A DNA stretch of 64,000 nucleotides from IMG/VR virus record IMGVR_UViG_3300038760_000071, positions 1 to 64,000 of that record; one strand, 5' to 3'. Origin of the DNA: a virus. This document shows positions 42,043-50,650 of this stretch, in pieces; position 1 is the first letter of the stretch, and each line of letters opens with the position of its first letter. The position numbers and the translations under genes were made by a program. The notes below the pieces were generated by a model, which was not told the origin of the DNA, made no database searches, and worked only from the letters and a program-made list of their open reading frames with translations.

Positions 42043-43737
42043 TTAATTGTCCAGGAATATAGGAAGTAACTCCCCACCTTCAAATTCAGCTGCTAACTCC
42101 TCCATGGAGCAATCAAATGTTAACCCAGTTTCTTTATCTTTCAACGTTATTATTGTCTCCCCGTCGACACAGTTGACGGATTGGCCACGGGCTGCTGACC
42201 CGGTCGTAGTAGTAATACCTATACGAGAGCCATTCTCAAGGGTCATGGACGTTTTGGCATATTCTTTAACAGGCGGCTTAAGCCAGTTAGGTAGTTCCTC
42301 ATATGCCATCCGAACTCTTTGAAATATTTCAATCGCAGTAGCTTCTTTGTTAGCTACTAGCAATATTCGCTGATCTGCATTAAAGCATGCTTGCCAGAGG
42401 ATATAAATTGTCATCATTGTCGAGTTGTGAGTAGGTATATACTGATTACCTGCGAGAAATTGCGAATCTTCACTATCAACAGTTATACACCTAACAGGAA
42501 CCGATTCAACAAGCTCTATATTCTTTATAAAGTGATACTGCCCCCTTATTTTAAAGTTATGCTTCTTCTCTTGATGCTTTATTCTTTTCTGCTTAAACGA
42601 TAATAGAGCTACATCTTCAATTGGTTTAAATGTTATAGATGAGCATGGCTTACATTCCACACCATTAAGTGTCGGTATATAGTCTTTTAATGTAACCTTA
42701 TACCCTAGACTTTCAGTTAACTGCTTTACCTGTCTAGTGAGATTCTTATTTGTGTTATAAAACTGACATGTACCTGCTTTATTTATATAGCCATCACTAT
42801 CAACTAAACCTTGCAGTAACTGTAATCGTTGCTCTCTACTCGCTAACATATAATCAACGGGTATATGTTTATTATTGAGTAAGTTATTATGTCTTAATAA
42901 CGAACTAAGACTCTTTGTTTGTATATCAGACTCAACAGTAGGGCGAATAAAATAATTTTTCGAATTGTAGTTTTTAATAATAAGCTTATCAAATTGCTCT
43001 ATCTTATCAAATATTTTAATCTGTTCGTCTATATCTCTATGACCAACTGTTATTGTACCGGTAGCAGATGTACCATCACCTAACCACAAGCCTAGGACAT
43101 AGGGATGTATAGGTAATTCTTTCTCTATACCCCCAACACCATTAATACATGTTGGTATTCTGTGATTAGGCTCAGGTCTCTTCTTACCACTATATAGTGT
43201 GTCTAAAATATCTCTTGTTGTCTTAACTGACCCACTACACTCCTTTCTACGATCACCCCTCGTCTGAGTAAACCATAAATGATCACCATCTGCAACTATC
43301 TCCTCCCCGTTATCAAATGTTACTTTATAACAGTCACGATCATATAATACATCATGCGCTTTTAAAACACTACACTGATCACCCTTATTATCGTATATAA
43401 CATCACCAGATTTAATAGACCCCATATCCATCCACCCGGTTGGTGTTGGTATTGGTGTATCTAATGCTAGTGCCTTACCTATCTGTCTACTTGCTAGCTG
43501 TATAAAGAATCGATTATCTCTCATCTTACGGATGGCTCGCTTTTGAGCAGGATATAGCTTAATAGTCTCACGCCCACGATCAAGATTAATAATATAGAAA
43601 TAATTTTCAGCAAAATAGAGTATATTCTGACTCGCTTTCTTAAGCGCGTTCACTTGCGATGTAGTATATTCACCTTTCCAGTTAACATTTGGTAGGTTTT
43701 TGTTACCCATGTAGAACATATTACTTTGCTGAGCCAT
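42043..43737 (-). CDS. terL: Terminase large subunit fragment 1: N-terminal ATPase with cis intein in Walker A and C-terminal IntN-A
   Basis: YFAENY..LYPAQ..SRQIGK|intein|STMM..LPNWL..ENGS..AARGQSVN|CVDGET. Confidence 0.95.
   Translation of the reverse strand: MAQQSNMFYMGNKNLPNVNWKGEYTTSQVNALKKASQNILYFAENYFYIINLDRGRETIKLYPAQKRAIRKMRDNRFFIQLASRQIGKALALDTPIPTPTGWMDMGSIKSGDVIYDNKGDQCSVLKAHDVLYDRDCYKVTFDNGEEIVADGDHLWFTQTRGDRRKECSGSVKTTRDILDTLYSGKKRPEPNHRIPTCINGVGGIEKELPIHPYVLGLWLGDGTSATGTITVGHRDIDEQIKIFDKIEQFDKLIIKNYNSKNYFIRPTVESDIQTKSLSSLLRHNNLLNNKHIPVDYMLASREQRLQLLQGLVDSDGYINKAGTCQFYNTNKNLTRQVKQLTESLGYKVTLKDYIPTLNGVECKPCSSITFKPIEDVALLSFKQKRIKHQEKKHNFKIRGQYHFIKNIELVESVPVRCITVDSEDSQFLAGNQYIPTHNSTMMTIYILWQACFNADQRILLVANKEATAIEIFQRVRMAYEELPNWLKPPVKEYAKTSMTLENGSRIGITTTTGSAARGQSVNCVDGETIITLKDKETGLTFDCSMEELAAEFEGGELLPIFLDN
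42046..42171 (-). other. Split intein A, N-fragment (42 aa)
   Basis: Block A CVDGETII, then stop after 42 aa. Confidence 0.88.
42424..43473 (-). mobile_element. Class 3 intein (350 aa) with LAGLIDADG homing endonuclease
   Basis: Starts ALALDTPI (Ala1); WCT triplet (DHLW, VRCITV, PTHN); LGLWLGDG and LQGLVDSDG motifs; +1 Ser. Confidence 0.93.
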
Positions 43738-43743
43738 TGAAAA

Positions 43744-43765
43744 TATTTATACCTAGACATAAATA
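43744..43765. promoter_or_regulatory. Back-to-back T4-type late promoter boxes for terL and the divergent gene
   Basis: TATAAATA on the minus strand 6 nt before the terL ATG; TAAATA on the plus strand 5 nt before ATG 43771. Confidence 0.7.
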
Positions 43766-43770
43766 AATAT

Positions 43771-44772
43771 ATGTCTACAAAAGATTTAATGAATTTAGGT
43801 CAGGTATACGGTACAATATTTAACGACTTTAAAAAAACTATTGTCAAAGAAAGTACCGTGCCTAAAGGTGAAATTGGAAACGCGGATCTCGAGCAGAAAG
43901 GTGGTCCTGAAGAGACTGCCGGTTATAGCAGCGATAGAGTTGATATAGAAGATGAAGATCAAAAAAGTAATGATTATAACATTAAAGGTCTTTCATACGG
44001 TAAGGGTAATAATCCAGGCAATACACAAAGCCCTCAACCAACTACAGGTGATGCTGCTCTATTAGGTATTGTAGGTGACGGAGACGAGGATGAGGAAGAT
44101 ACTAAAAATGATGAATATCCATATGAATGTGACTGTGGTGAAACGTGGAAGACAAAGGACGCTGCATCGCAATGTAGTACTTGCCAGGGGCACAGTAATA
44201 TACACGATGAGGATGAAGAAATTTTACATGAAACAGAGAAAATTGCGAGGAATGGACTAAATAATTTTATGAAGCGAAAATCAGTCTTTGATAAACTTTA
44301 CGATAAGGTCATGGTTAGTGAAAACTTTGGTGAATTAGAACCCAGTGATCTTGACTCCCTCGGGTTAGATGACGCTGTACCAGATAGTGAACTAGGTGAT
44401 GAAGGTGAAGATGGTGATGAAATCACCGTTACCCTTGATCGTTCAACAGCCCAAGCTTTATGTGATGTATTGCAAGCAGCTATCGGGCATAGTGAAGATG
44501 GTGACGAAGATTTTGGTGCCGGTGATAGTGATGATGGGTTTGATGGGTTCGATGGTGAAGAGGATGAAGAGGGCGCACCAACCGCACTAAACACATCTTA
44601 TAATGATGGAAAGTCCAATAAAGTTGGATCACTTAAAGCAAAAGGTGGGGCGACATTTAAAGGTACTAACATAAAGGTAGATACAGGCTCCACCCACTCC
44701 GGCAGCTATAATGATGGTAAAAATAACAAGGTTGGTAACCTCAAAACCAATCAATCAGCTTTCGAGCAGTAA
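43771..44772 (+). CDS. Acidic, low-complexity late protein (possible head core/scaffold)
   Basis: D/E-rich; CDC..CSTC motif; duplicated SYNDGK.NKVG.LK at the C-terminus. Confidence 0.65.
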   Translation: MSTKDLMNLGQVYGTIFNDFKKTIVKESTVPKGEIGNADLEQKGGPEETAGYSSDRVDIEDEDQKSNDYNIKGLSYGKGNNPGNTQSPQPTTGDAALLGIVGDGDEDEEDTKNDEYPYECDCGETWKTKDAASQCSTCQGHSNIHDEDEEILHETEKIARNGLNNFMKRKSVFDKLYDKVMVSENFGELEPSDLDSLGLDDAVPDSELGDEGEDGDEITVTLDRSTAQALCDVLQAAIGHSEDGDEDFGAGDSDDGFDGFDGEEDEEGAPTALNTSYNDGKSNKVGSLKAKGGATFKGTNIKVDTGSTHSGSYNDGKNNKVGNLKTNQSAFEQ

Positions 44773-44795
44773 TACTAACATATAACACATAATAA

Positions 44796-44829
44796 AAAAG
44801 GCCCGCTGGTGTGAATCAGCGGGCCTTTT
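44796..44829 (+). terminator. Rho-independent terminator (potentially bidirectional)
   Basis: AAAAGGCCCGCTG/CAGCGGGCCTTTT inverted repeat. Confidence 0.85.
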
Positions 44830-44844
44830 GTATTAAATATATAC

Positions 44845-45171
44845 ATGATTACCTTCCTAGAATATTTTAAAGGTGATAAATATATGAACCCTATGCAGAG
44901 ATCTGGTAAGAATCTCTACGGTGGTGTAGATAGAAAGCACCAAAATAATGTAAAGAAGGAATATAATTCAAAATGCCCCCATGTTAACAACTTACTAAAT
45001 GGTGGAGCAGCTCAAATAAAACTGATGGGTGCACCTCTTATGCAGACATTATCTTCATATAATATGGACTATCAACCAGGTACAGTAAAGGTGCTAGGCA
45101 ACTCCGGAGTTGAGGTTAAGATGTACGAAGACGGAGAAAGTAATCAATGTGGAATCTTGACTAGACGATAA
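44845..45171 (+). CDS. Hypothetical late protein
   Basis: 108-aa ORF; TAAATA-5nt-ATG. Confidence 0.7.
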   Translation: MITFLEYFKGDKYMNPMQRSGKNLYGGVDRKHQNNVKKEYNSKCPHVNNLLNGGAAQIKLMGAPLMQTLSSYNMDYQPGTVKVLGNSGVEVKMYEDGESNQCGILTRR

Positions 45172-45227
45172 CATGGTATGCCTTGAATCTAGACTTATAA
45201 AGCAAGCCTGTAGCCATAAATAAATGT

Positions 45228-46004
45228 ATGCCTTGCAACTCTGCTCGAATTAATTGCACGCCAGCTGAGATTTTTGCAGCTACTGCAATACCAGCATGTG
45301 GTAAGCTTGTCAATCCTGAGAATTTACAAGCAGAGCAGCTCATATATGATCAATCATATAATGACTTAATTAATAATTTTGGCATTGGGGTACAATATTA
45401 TATTAACCCATTCAACCTATCAGCAGCTAACCTACTATATGGTGAGGAACCAACAAAGGTATTTAGGGGTCCGATTGATATCCAAATGTATATAGAGTTA
45501 GATGAAAACTCTATTAATCTAAGTAAATTTGGTTTTGATGCTGCTGATGACTTTACAGGTTACGTACATATTGATACATTCACTACAGCGGCGTCTGCTA
45601 TTTTTGACTATTCAAGTGTTGGTCAAGATATAGAGCCAAAATCAGGTGACCTTATTGTTATGCAGTCGCTTAGCTGTGATAGACCAAACGGCCGAGGACC
45701 AAAAATATATGAGATTACTGAGCGAAGAGATGATGATATATCTTCAATTAATCCCATGCTTGGTCATTATGTGTATAGGTTAAGAGCTAAGCGATATGAA
45801 TATTCGTTCGAACCTAACGCGCCAAAAGAGCCAGTAAACGATCAGATATATGAAAATGCATTTTCTGGTGTACTCTCTACTAACATACCAGGAGATAGTG
45901 TATCTGAAAATAAAACATACACATGGGATATAAACGATGAATCTCAAGTTAACATATATAACATGGATAACAACGATACAGACATATATGGATCTTACTA
46001 CTAG
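45228..46004 (+). CDS. gp14: Neck / head-closure protein (T4 gp14-like)
   Basis: LYGEEP, SKFG, EPKSGDLI, IYEIT, YVYRL...YEYS motifs. Confidence 0.8.
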   Translation: MPCNSARINCTPAEIFAATAIPACGKLVNPENLQAEQLIYDQSYNDLINNFGIGVQYYINPFNLSAANLLYGEEPTKVFRGPIDIQMYIELDENSINLSKFGFDAADDFTGYVHIDTFTTAASAIFDYSSVGQDIEPKSGDLIVMQSLSCDRPNGRGPKIYEITERRDDDISSINPMLGHYVYRLRAKRYEYSFEPNAPKEPVNDQIYENAFSGVLSTNIPGDSVSENKTYTWDINDESQVNIYNMDNNDTDIYGSYY

Positions 46005-46047
46005 CCTGTGTTTGAAAGAGGTATTATATTCTTAGGTTGAGCTAGCT

Positions 46048-46536
46048 TTAGTAATACTCATGATCTTGTGACTTCTTCTGTGCATCTGCTGCTGGTTGTG
46101 GAGATGCTGTTGACTGTTTTAAAGGTGTTTTACCCTCTTTAGCCGGTTTTGTAGACATTTCTATCTGACCAGCATCATTCTTTTTGAATATAACGGGGGA
46201 TTTAAATTCGACACCATCAGTATCTGTAACGTATACTGACCAGGTACCCGAGCCTGTTTGGGTGATATCGCCTGGTGATAATCCCCGTTTATCTAAAATA
46301 TCTACAATTTTACGCTTCTCCGGTGTATTATACTCTTCTATGGAATGTGGGGCTCTAAGATCGTTCCTAATATTATCAACTATACTTGCAGCTGTAGGCA
46401 TTGCTGCTCTAGCTAATCTACTAGTAGCTCCTACACCTACTCTAGTAACTCCTTTAGCAACTCCTTTAGCAACTCCTTTTAAAGTTGCAGCAAACCCCTC
46501 AGACGTCAACCGTAATAGTTCTTTTTGTGTTAACAT
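46048..46536 (-). CDS. Hypothetical late protein
   Basis: 162-aa ORF with a KGVA repeat; TAAATA-6nt-ATG. Confidence 0.7.
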   Translation of the reverse strand: MLTQKELLRLTSEGFAATLKGVAKGVAKGVTRVGVGATSRLARAAMPTAASIVDNIRNDLRAPHSIEEYNTPEKRKIVDILDKRGLSPGDITQTGSGTWSVYVTDTDGVEFKSPVIFKKNDAGQIEMSTKPAKEGKTPLKQSTASPQPAADAQKKSQDHEYY

Positions 46537-46545
46537 ATAGCTTAT

Positions 46546-47454
46546 TTAATCAACCAACGTATTTAAAATTGTAGCTGCATCATGTATTTCTGCAGATGTA
46601 CTATACATACATTCATGAGGTAAGCCATTAAAGCTGTAATCATACAAATATGAATCAACTGTACCTTCCGGATATTGCTTAGTTGGTACAATATTTGTAT
46701 GAATATCATACCCAAACACAGCTGGCTGTGTTGCAACCCATGCAACAGTTGAAGGTAAGTTGAGCGCTGCAGCTGCATGTTGGAGTGAGGAATCGATTAA
46801 TAATCTCTTGGTCGAAAACAATAATAAGCTGATTAAAATTTTCTTTGGTATAAGCTTATCAACTCGCTGTACATGTTGCAGCTGAGGGTGAGCATCATGA
46901 CATATATGTACTATATGATAATCTTTATGCAATTCATTTACAACCTGCTGAATAACAGTCGGGTGAATATCTCTCATCCAAGAATATGCATATTGTTGGC
47001 TACTCGCGGATGGTGCCGGGCCTCCGAATGGTTGTATAATAAGTATTGGTTTTCCAGCTGGGTTATTAATAAGCTTTAAAGCATCTTCTTGTTCTCTAAA
47101 ATTGCATGTAATATCGGTAGTAGCTTCTTCACTCGATACATTAACTAAATTACACCATGTATTAATTAAATGATCATGCTTACATATATGTGATGTTTCT
47201 TTATACGGCTCATGCGCAAATATTTTAATATCTTTATTATAAATATAATCTTTATAAAAGTGAGGTACATTACCAATTTTAAATATTTTATAAACATCAG
47301 GGTTATTTAAGAAAATCTCTGGCCAAGCGCATACAATAATTATATCTCTGTCTTTATTCTCATGCTTGTAAGCTTTAACTACAGCTGTAGACATTATATG
47401 CTTACCGACGCCACCCTCTATATGAAATAGAGTGTATTTTTTATTTTCCATCAT
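46546..47454 (-). CDS. Glycosyltransferase, GT9 (heptosyltransferase)-like
   Basis: GGVGKHIM at the N-terminus; IDSSLQHAAAALNLPSTVAW motif. Confidence 0.8.
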   Translation of the reverse strand: MMENKKYTLFHIEGGVGKHIMSTAVVKAYKHENKDRDIIIVCAWPEIFLNNPDVYKIFKIGNVPHFYKDYIYNKDIKIFAHEPYKETSHICKHDHLINTWCNLVNVSSEEATTDITCNFREQEDALKLINNPAGKPILIIQPFGGPAPSASSQQYAYSWMRDIHPTVIQQVVNELHKDYHIVHICHDAHPQLQHVQRVDKLIPKKILISLLLFSTKRLLIDSSLQHAAAALNLPSTVAWVATQPAVFGYDIHTNIVPTKQYPEGTVDSYLYDYSFNGLPHECMYSTSAEIHDAATILNTLVD

Positions 47455-47485
47455 ATATATATATGATTAAATAATATATGGCAAC

Positions 47486-48790
47486 TTAGAGTGAAATTTT
47501 TAATGTGCCACCATCATTCCAAACAACTCCTTGTACACCTGGATCCGCCGTCGAGAGTGCTGCAGCACTTAACCACAATTTATTTGTATGTAACATGTCA
47601 GAGTCTGCTGAAGTAATTGTATTACCTATAATAAACGCGCAAGTATGCCATGGATTCACAAGGTTATTGCTCCCCGTAACATAAGCTCCAATACCCTGAG
47701 CAACGTTGCTACACCCGCCTCCTATAGTAGAATGACTGCCAGTGATTATATTGTTCTCACCACCACCAATAAAAGAATAGCACCCACTGGCAATGTTATT
47801 ATATCCCCCTACTATAGTACTATAAGTATTTGGTGCGTTATTACTAGCTCCTCCACCTACATAAGAAAACATCCCGGCAGCGCAATTGCACTCACCACCA
47901 CCAACTGAACTCTGATCAGCACTCGCCACGTTACAATAGCCCCCAGCGACTGTTGAGTAATTCCCATGTGATTGGTTCTTATAGCCTCCACCAATAGACG
48001 AATAATAATCCGTAGAGCAGTTTTGATGTCCACCTGCTACAGTAGATCTAAAGCAGGAAGATACATTATTGTATCCACCACCAACGACGGCACATGCGCC
48101 TGTAGCTTGATTAGTACTACCACCACCTACAAATGACTGCTCCCCGCTAGACGTATTGTTCAATCCACCTGCAATTGTACTGTGCGCACTTAGAGCGGTA
48201 TTGCAATGACCACCTACAATACTACTAAACTCACCGGCAGCTCTATTATCACAACCCCCTCCAATAAATACATGCGCATTACAACTGTCATTACAAGTAC
48301 CTCCTAATATACCCGAAAAATTACCACATTGTATACAATTATCACACCCACCCCCAATAATTGAGCAACCACCGGTAAGGTCATTATTATAACCACCACC
48401 AACAAATGATGCGTTACCGTTTATATCATTATAATAACCTGCGATTACAGATGAATAAGTACCAGCATTGGAATTTGAATACCCTCCCTGTATACACGTT
48501 ACTTGAAGTTCACCTTGAATGGTCTGCAACCCGGTAAATGTATTTGAAACATTTGTTGAAGCATAGGTTGCAGACCCAGCTGCAAAATTAGTATATGTAT
48601 TCTCCCAATTACCTGATAAAGCTTCAAGCTCAGACGCTAAAACAAATGAACAACTACCGCTTGATAAAAAACTTGTGATTGAATTTAATGGAGCTCGTTT
48701 GGTTACACCTGATTGAACTACAGCAACTTGCTCACTACCTACAAGAGGTGATGTATACTGTGGTAAATCAGATATTTTAACTGTGGCCAT
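47486..48790 (-). CDS. Fibre/spike protein with 14-residue Gly/Cys-rich beta-roll repeats
   Basis: Start MATVKISDLP at 48790 (TAAATA-5nt-ATG); repeats S.(I/V).GG..N.A; C-terminal DPGVQGVVWNDGGTLKIS. Confidence 0.75.
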   Translation of the reverse strand: MATVKISDLPQYTSPLVGSEQVAVVQSGVTKRAPLNSITSFLSSGSCSFVLASELEALSGNWENTYTNFAAGSATYASTNVSNTFTGLQTIQGELQVTCIQGGYSNSNAGTYSSVIAGYYNDINGNASFVGGGYNNDLTGGCSIIGGGCDNCIQCGNFSGILGGTCNDSCNAHVFIGGGCDNRAAGEFSSIVGGHCNTALSAHSTIAGGLNNTSSGEQSFVGGGSTNQATGACAVVGGGYNNVSSCFRSTVAGGHQNCSTDYYSSIGGGYKNQSHGNYSTVAGGYCNVASADQSSVGGGECNCAAGMFSYVGGGASNNAPNTYSTIVGGYNNIASGCYSFIGGGENNIITGSHSTIGGGCSNVAQGIGAYVTGSNNLVNPWHTCAFIIGNTITSADSDMLHTNKLWLSAAALSTADPGVQGVVWNDGGTLKISL

Positions 48791-48837
48791 ATAAATATTT
48801 AGTTGCAATGTTGCAATTTTTGTATATAATATAATGT

Positions 48838-49554
48838 ATGTTAAAAGAAACAGATGTCCATTTTGATGAAGCCTCTCATACCTACACGCACAAGACAGTA
48901 GGTAAGTTAACATCGGCAACAACGGTGTTAGGAAAATTTAAAAAACCATTTGATAGATATTACCATGCTAGTAGAATTGCACAGAGAGAATGTGTTGCAG
49001 TTGAGTATGTTTTAGAGACATGGGAACATGAAAAGAATAAAGCTTGTGATCGGGGCACACATATACATAAGCTACTTGAGGATTATATACGCTCCGGTGA
49101 AACAGAAGATCATTATAATTGGTTATATAAAGCATATAACAACGTTGTAGAGAGCTCTATTGGTTCAATTGATAAAGTGTTATGTGAGAATATCGTACAT
49201 AGTACTGAATTTAAGGTTGCAGGTATGGCAGATTTGATCTATAATATTAAAGGTGATAAGTTTATTGTCGGTGATTTCAAGACAAATAAAAAGTTTAATT
49301 TTAACTCACTATATGGTGAACACTTATTAGCCCCTGTAGATCATTTACAGAATTGTGAATTTAATATTTATGGTCTACAGTTATCTTTATATGCATACAT
49401 GTATGAAAAAATGACCGGGAAGAGATGCTCCAAATGTGTTATATTTTATCTTAAGGATAATAATTTTATACCATACCATGTTAATTATATGAAAGCCGAA
49501 GTTGAATTGTTACTATCTAAATTTAACCAGCAGTATAATAACTCAGTAGCTTAA
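48838..49554 (+). CDS. PD-(D/E)XK (RecB/Cas4-like) exonuclease
   Basis: HTY, SATT, RGTHIH, AGMADL, DFKTNK, YGLQLSLYA motifs. Confidence 0.85.
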   Translation: MLKETDVHFDEASHTYTHKTVGKLTSATTVLGKFKKPFDRYYHASRIAQRECVAVEYVLETWEHEKNKACDRGTHIHKLLEDYIRSGETEDHYNWLYKAYNNVVESSIGSIDKVLCENIVHSTEFKVAGMADLIYNIKGDKFIVGDFKTNKKFNFNSLYGEHLLAPVDHLQNCEFNIYGLQLSLYAYMYEKMTGKRCSKCVIFYLKDNNFIPYHVNYMKAEVELLLSKFNQQYNNSVA

Positions 49555-49563
49555 GTAAATCAA

Positions 49564-49767
49564 ATGAAAATACTTAACAAATATAATGATTCAATTGAAA
49601 ACCTATACACTGCCTTAGACAAAGTTAGAGATGTACTAGACGGATTAGAGGATGAAGAGCTAGACTCTCTAACTGATAGGTTTATTGAACAGGTTGAAGA
49701 TTGTATCAATGACGGTGAGGTAACATGTCATGAGCTCAAGGATTTTTTAGAAAATTATGAAGCATAA
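49564..49767 (+). CDS. Small acidic hypothetical protein
   Basis: 67-aa ORF in operon. Confidence 0.65.
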   Translation: MKILNKYNDSIENLYTALDKVRDVLDGLEDEELDSLTDRFIEQVEDCINDGEVTCHELKDFLENYEA

Positions 49768-50602
49768 CGTACTAATATTAGGAGGCGGGTATATTGGCAC
49801 CCATTTATATAAAGTGTTAAATGTATCTAATACTGTTACAATATTAACTAAAAAGGATATAAATTATAATAATAATTACTTCTTTAAAAAATACCTATCT
49901 AATAATAGTTATGACTATGTTATCAACTGTAGTGGATTTTGTGGTAAACCAAATGTAGATCAGGCTGAGGTTGAGAAGGAGAAGTGTTGGGAGCTTAATG
50001 TAACGGGACCAACATCCGTTAATAGTATATGTCGTGAACTAAGCATACCGTATATCCATGTATCCTCAGGATGTATATACACGGGGTATGATAAGCTGTG
50101 GACAGAGAAAGACGCACCCAACTTTGGTGTTTTTAATAATATATCTTCGTTTTACTCTAAATCTAAGCACGCATATGAGCTATCAAATAGTGATTATGGG
50201 CTAACTATTCGAATCCGGATGCCGTTTGATAATGATGTTACATGTAACAGATCTATTTTATATAAGCTACTAAAATATAATAATATTATTGATTTTAGAA
50301 ACTCAAAAACATATATACCTGATCTTTGTAGTTTCATTCAATCCTATATACTCCAAAAAAATAATAATACTGATATAATTAATTTTGTTAATCCGGATGC
50401 ATTGTTTACTACAGAGGTGGTTGATTTACTAACTGAAGCCGGTAAGATTAATTATAAGTGGAAATATGTTAGTATGAGTGATCTAGATATTACAGCAGAT
50501 AGGTCAAATTGTGTATTATCAACTACGAAATTAAAAGAGACATATAATTACACCCCGCTAACTGAAACAGCAGCTATTAGAAAATCTTTAAATTTACACT
50601 AA
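49757..50602 (+). CDS. NDP-4-keto-6-deoxyglucose epimerase/reductase (RmlD-like SDR)
   Basis: GGGYIG, GKPNVDQAE, SSGCIY, YSKSK, RIRMP motifs. Confidence 0.85.
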   Translation: MKHNVLILGGGYIGTHLYKVLNVSNTVTILTKKDINYNNNYFFKKYLSNNSYDYVINCSGFCGKPNVDQAEVEKEKCWELNVTGPTSVNSICRELSIPYIHVSSGCIYTGYDKLWTEKDAPNFGVFNNISSFYSKSKHAYELSNSDYGLTIRIRMPFDNDVTCNRSILYKLLKYNNIIDFRNSKTYIPDLCSFIQSYILQKNNNTDIINFVNPDALFTTEVVDLLTEAGKINYKWKYVSMSDLDITADRSNCVLSTTKLKETYNYTPLTETAAIRKSLNLH

Positions 50603-50650
50603 AACTAACAAAGTGCTGGCAATCAACAAAAAGTTAATTATATTAATATA

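Noticed and set aside
38032-43737. terL as a pseudogene, or interrupted by group I introns or frameshifts
   Set aside because: Every break is bounded by intact intein motifs and the exteins join with no missing residues. Intergenic gaps are too short for intron cores.
48791-48922. N-terminal extensions in the ORF track (also 42083, 57956, 58408, 58921, 59515)
   Set aside because: They overlap neighbouring genes or promoters; downstream ATGs fit the box-plus-5-7-nt rule.
48838-49554. Cas4 / CRISPR system
   Set aside because: Stand-alone phage PD-(D/E)XK exonuclease; no array or other cas genes in the window.
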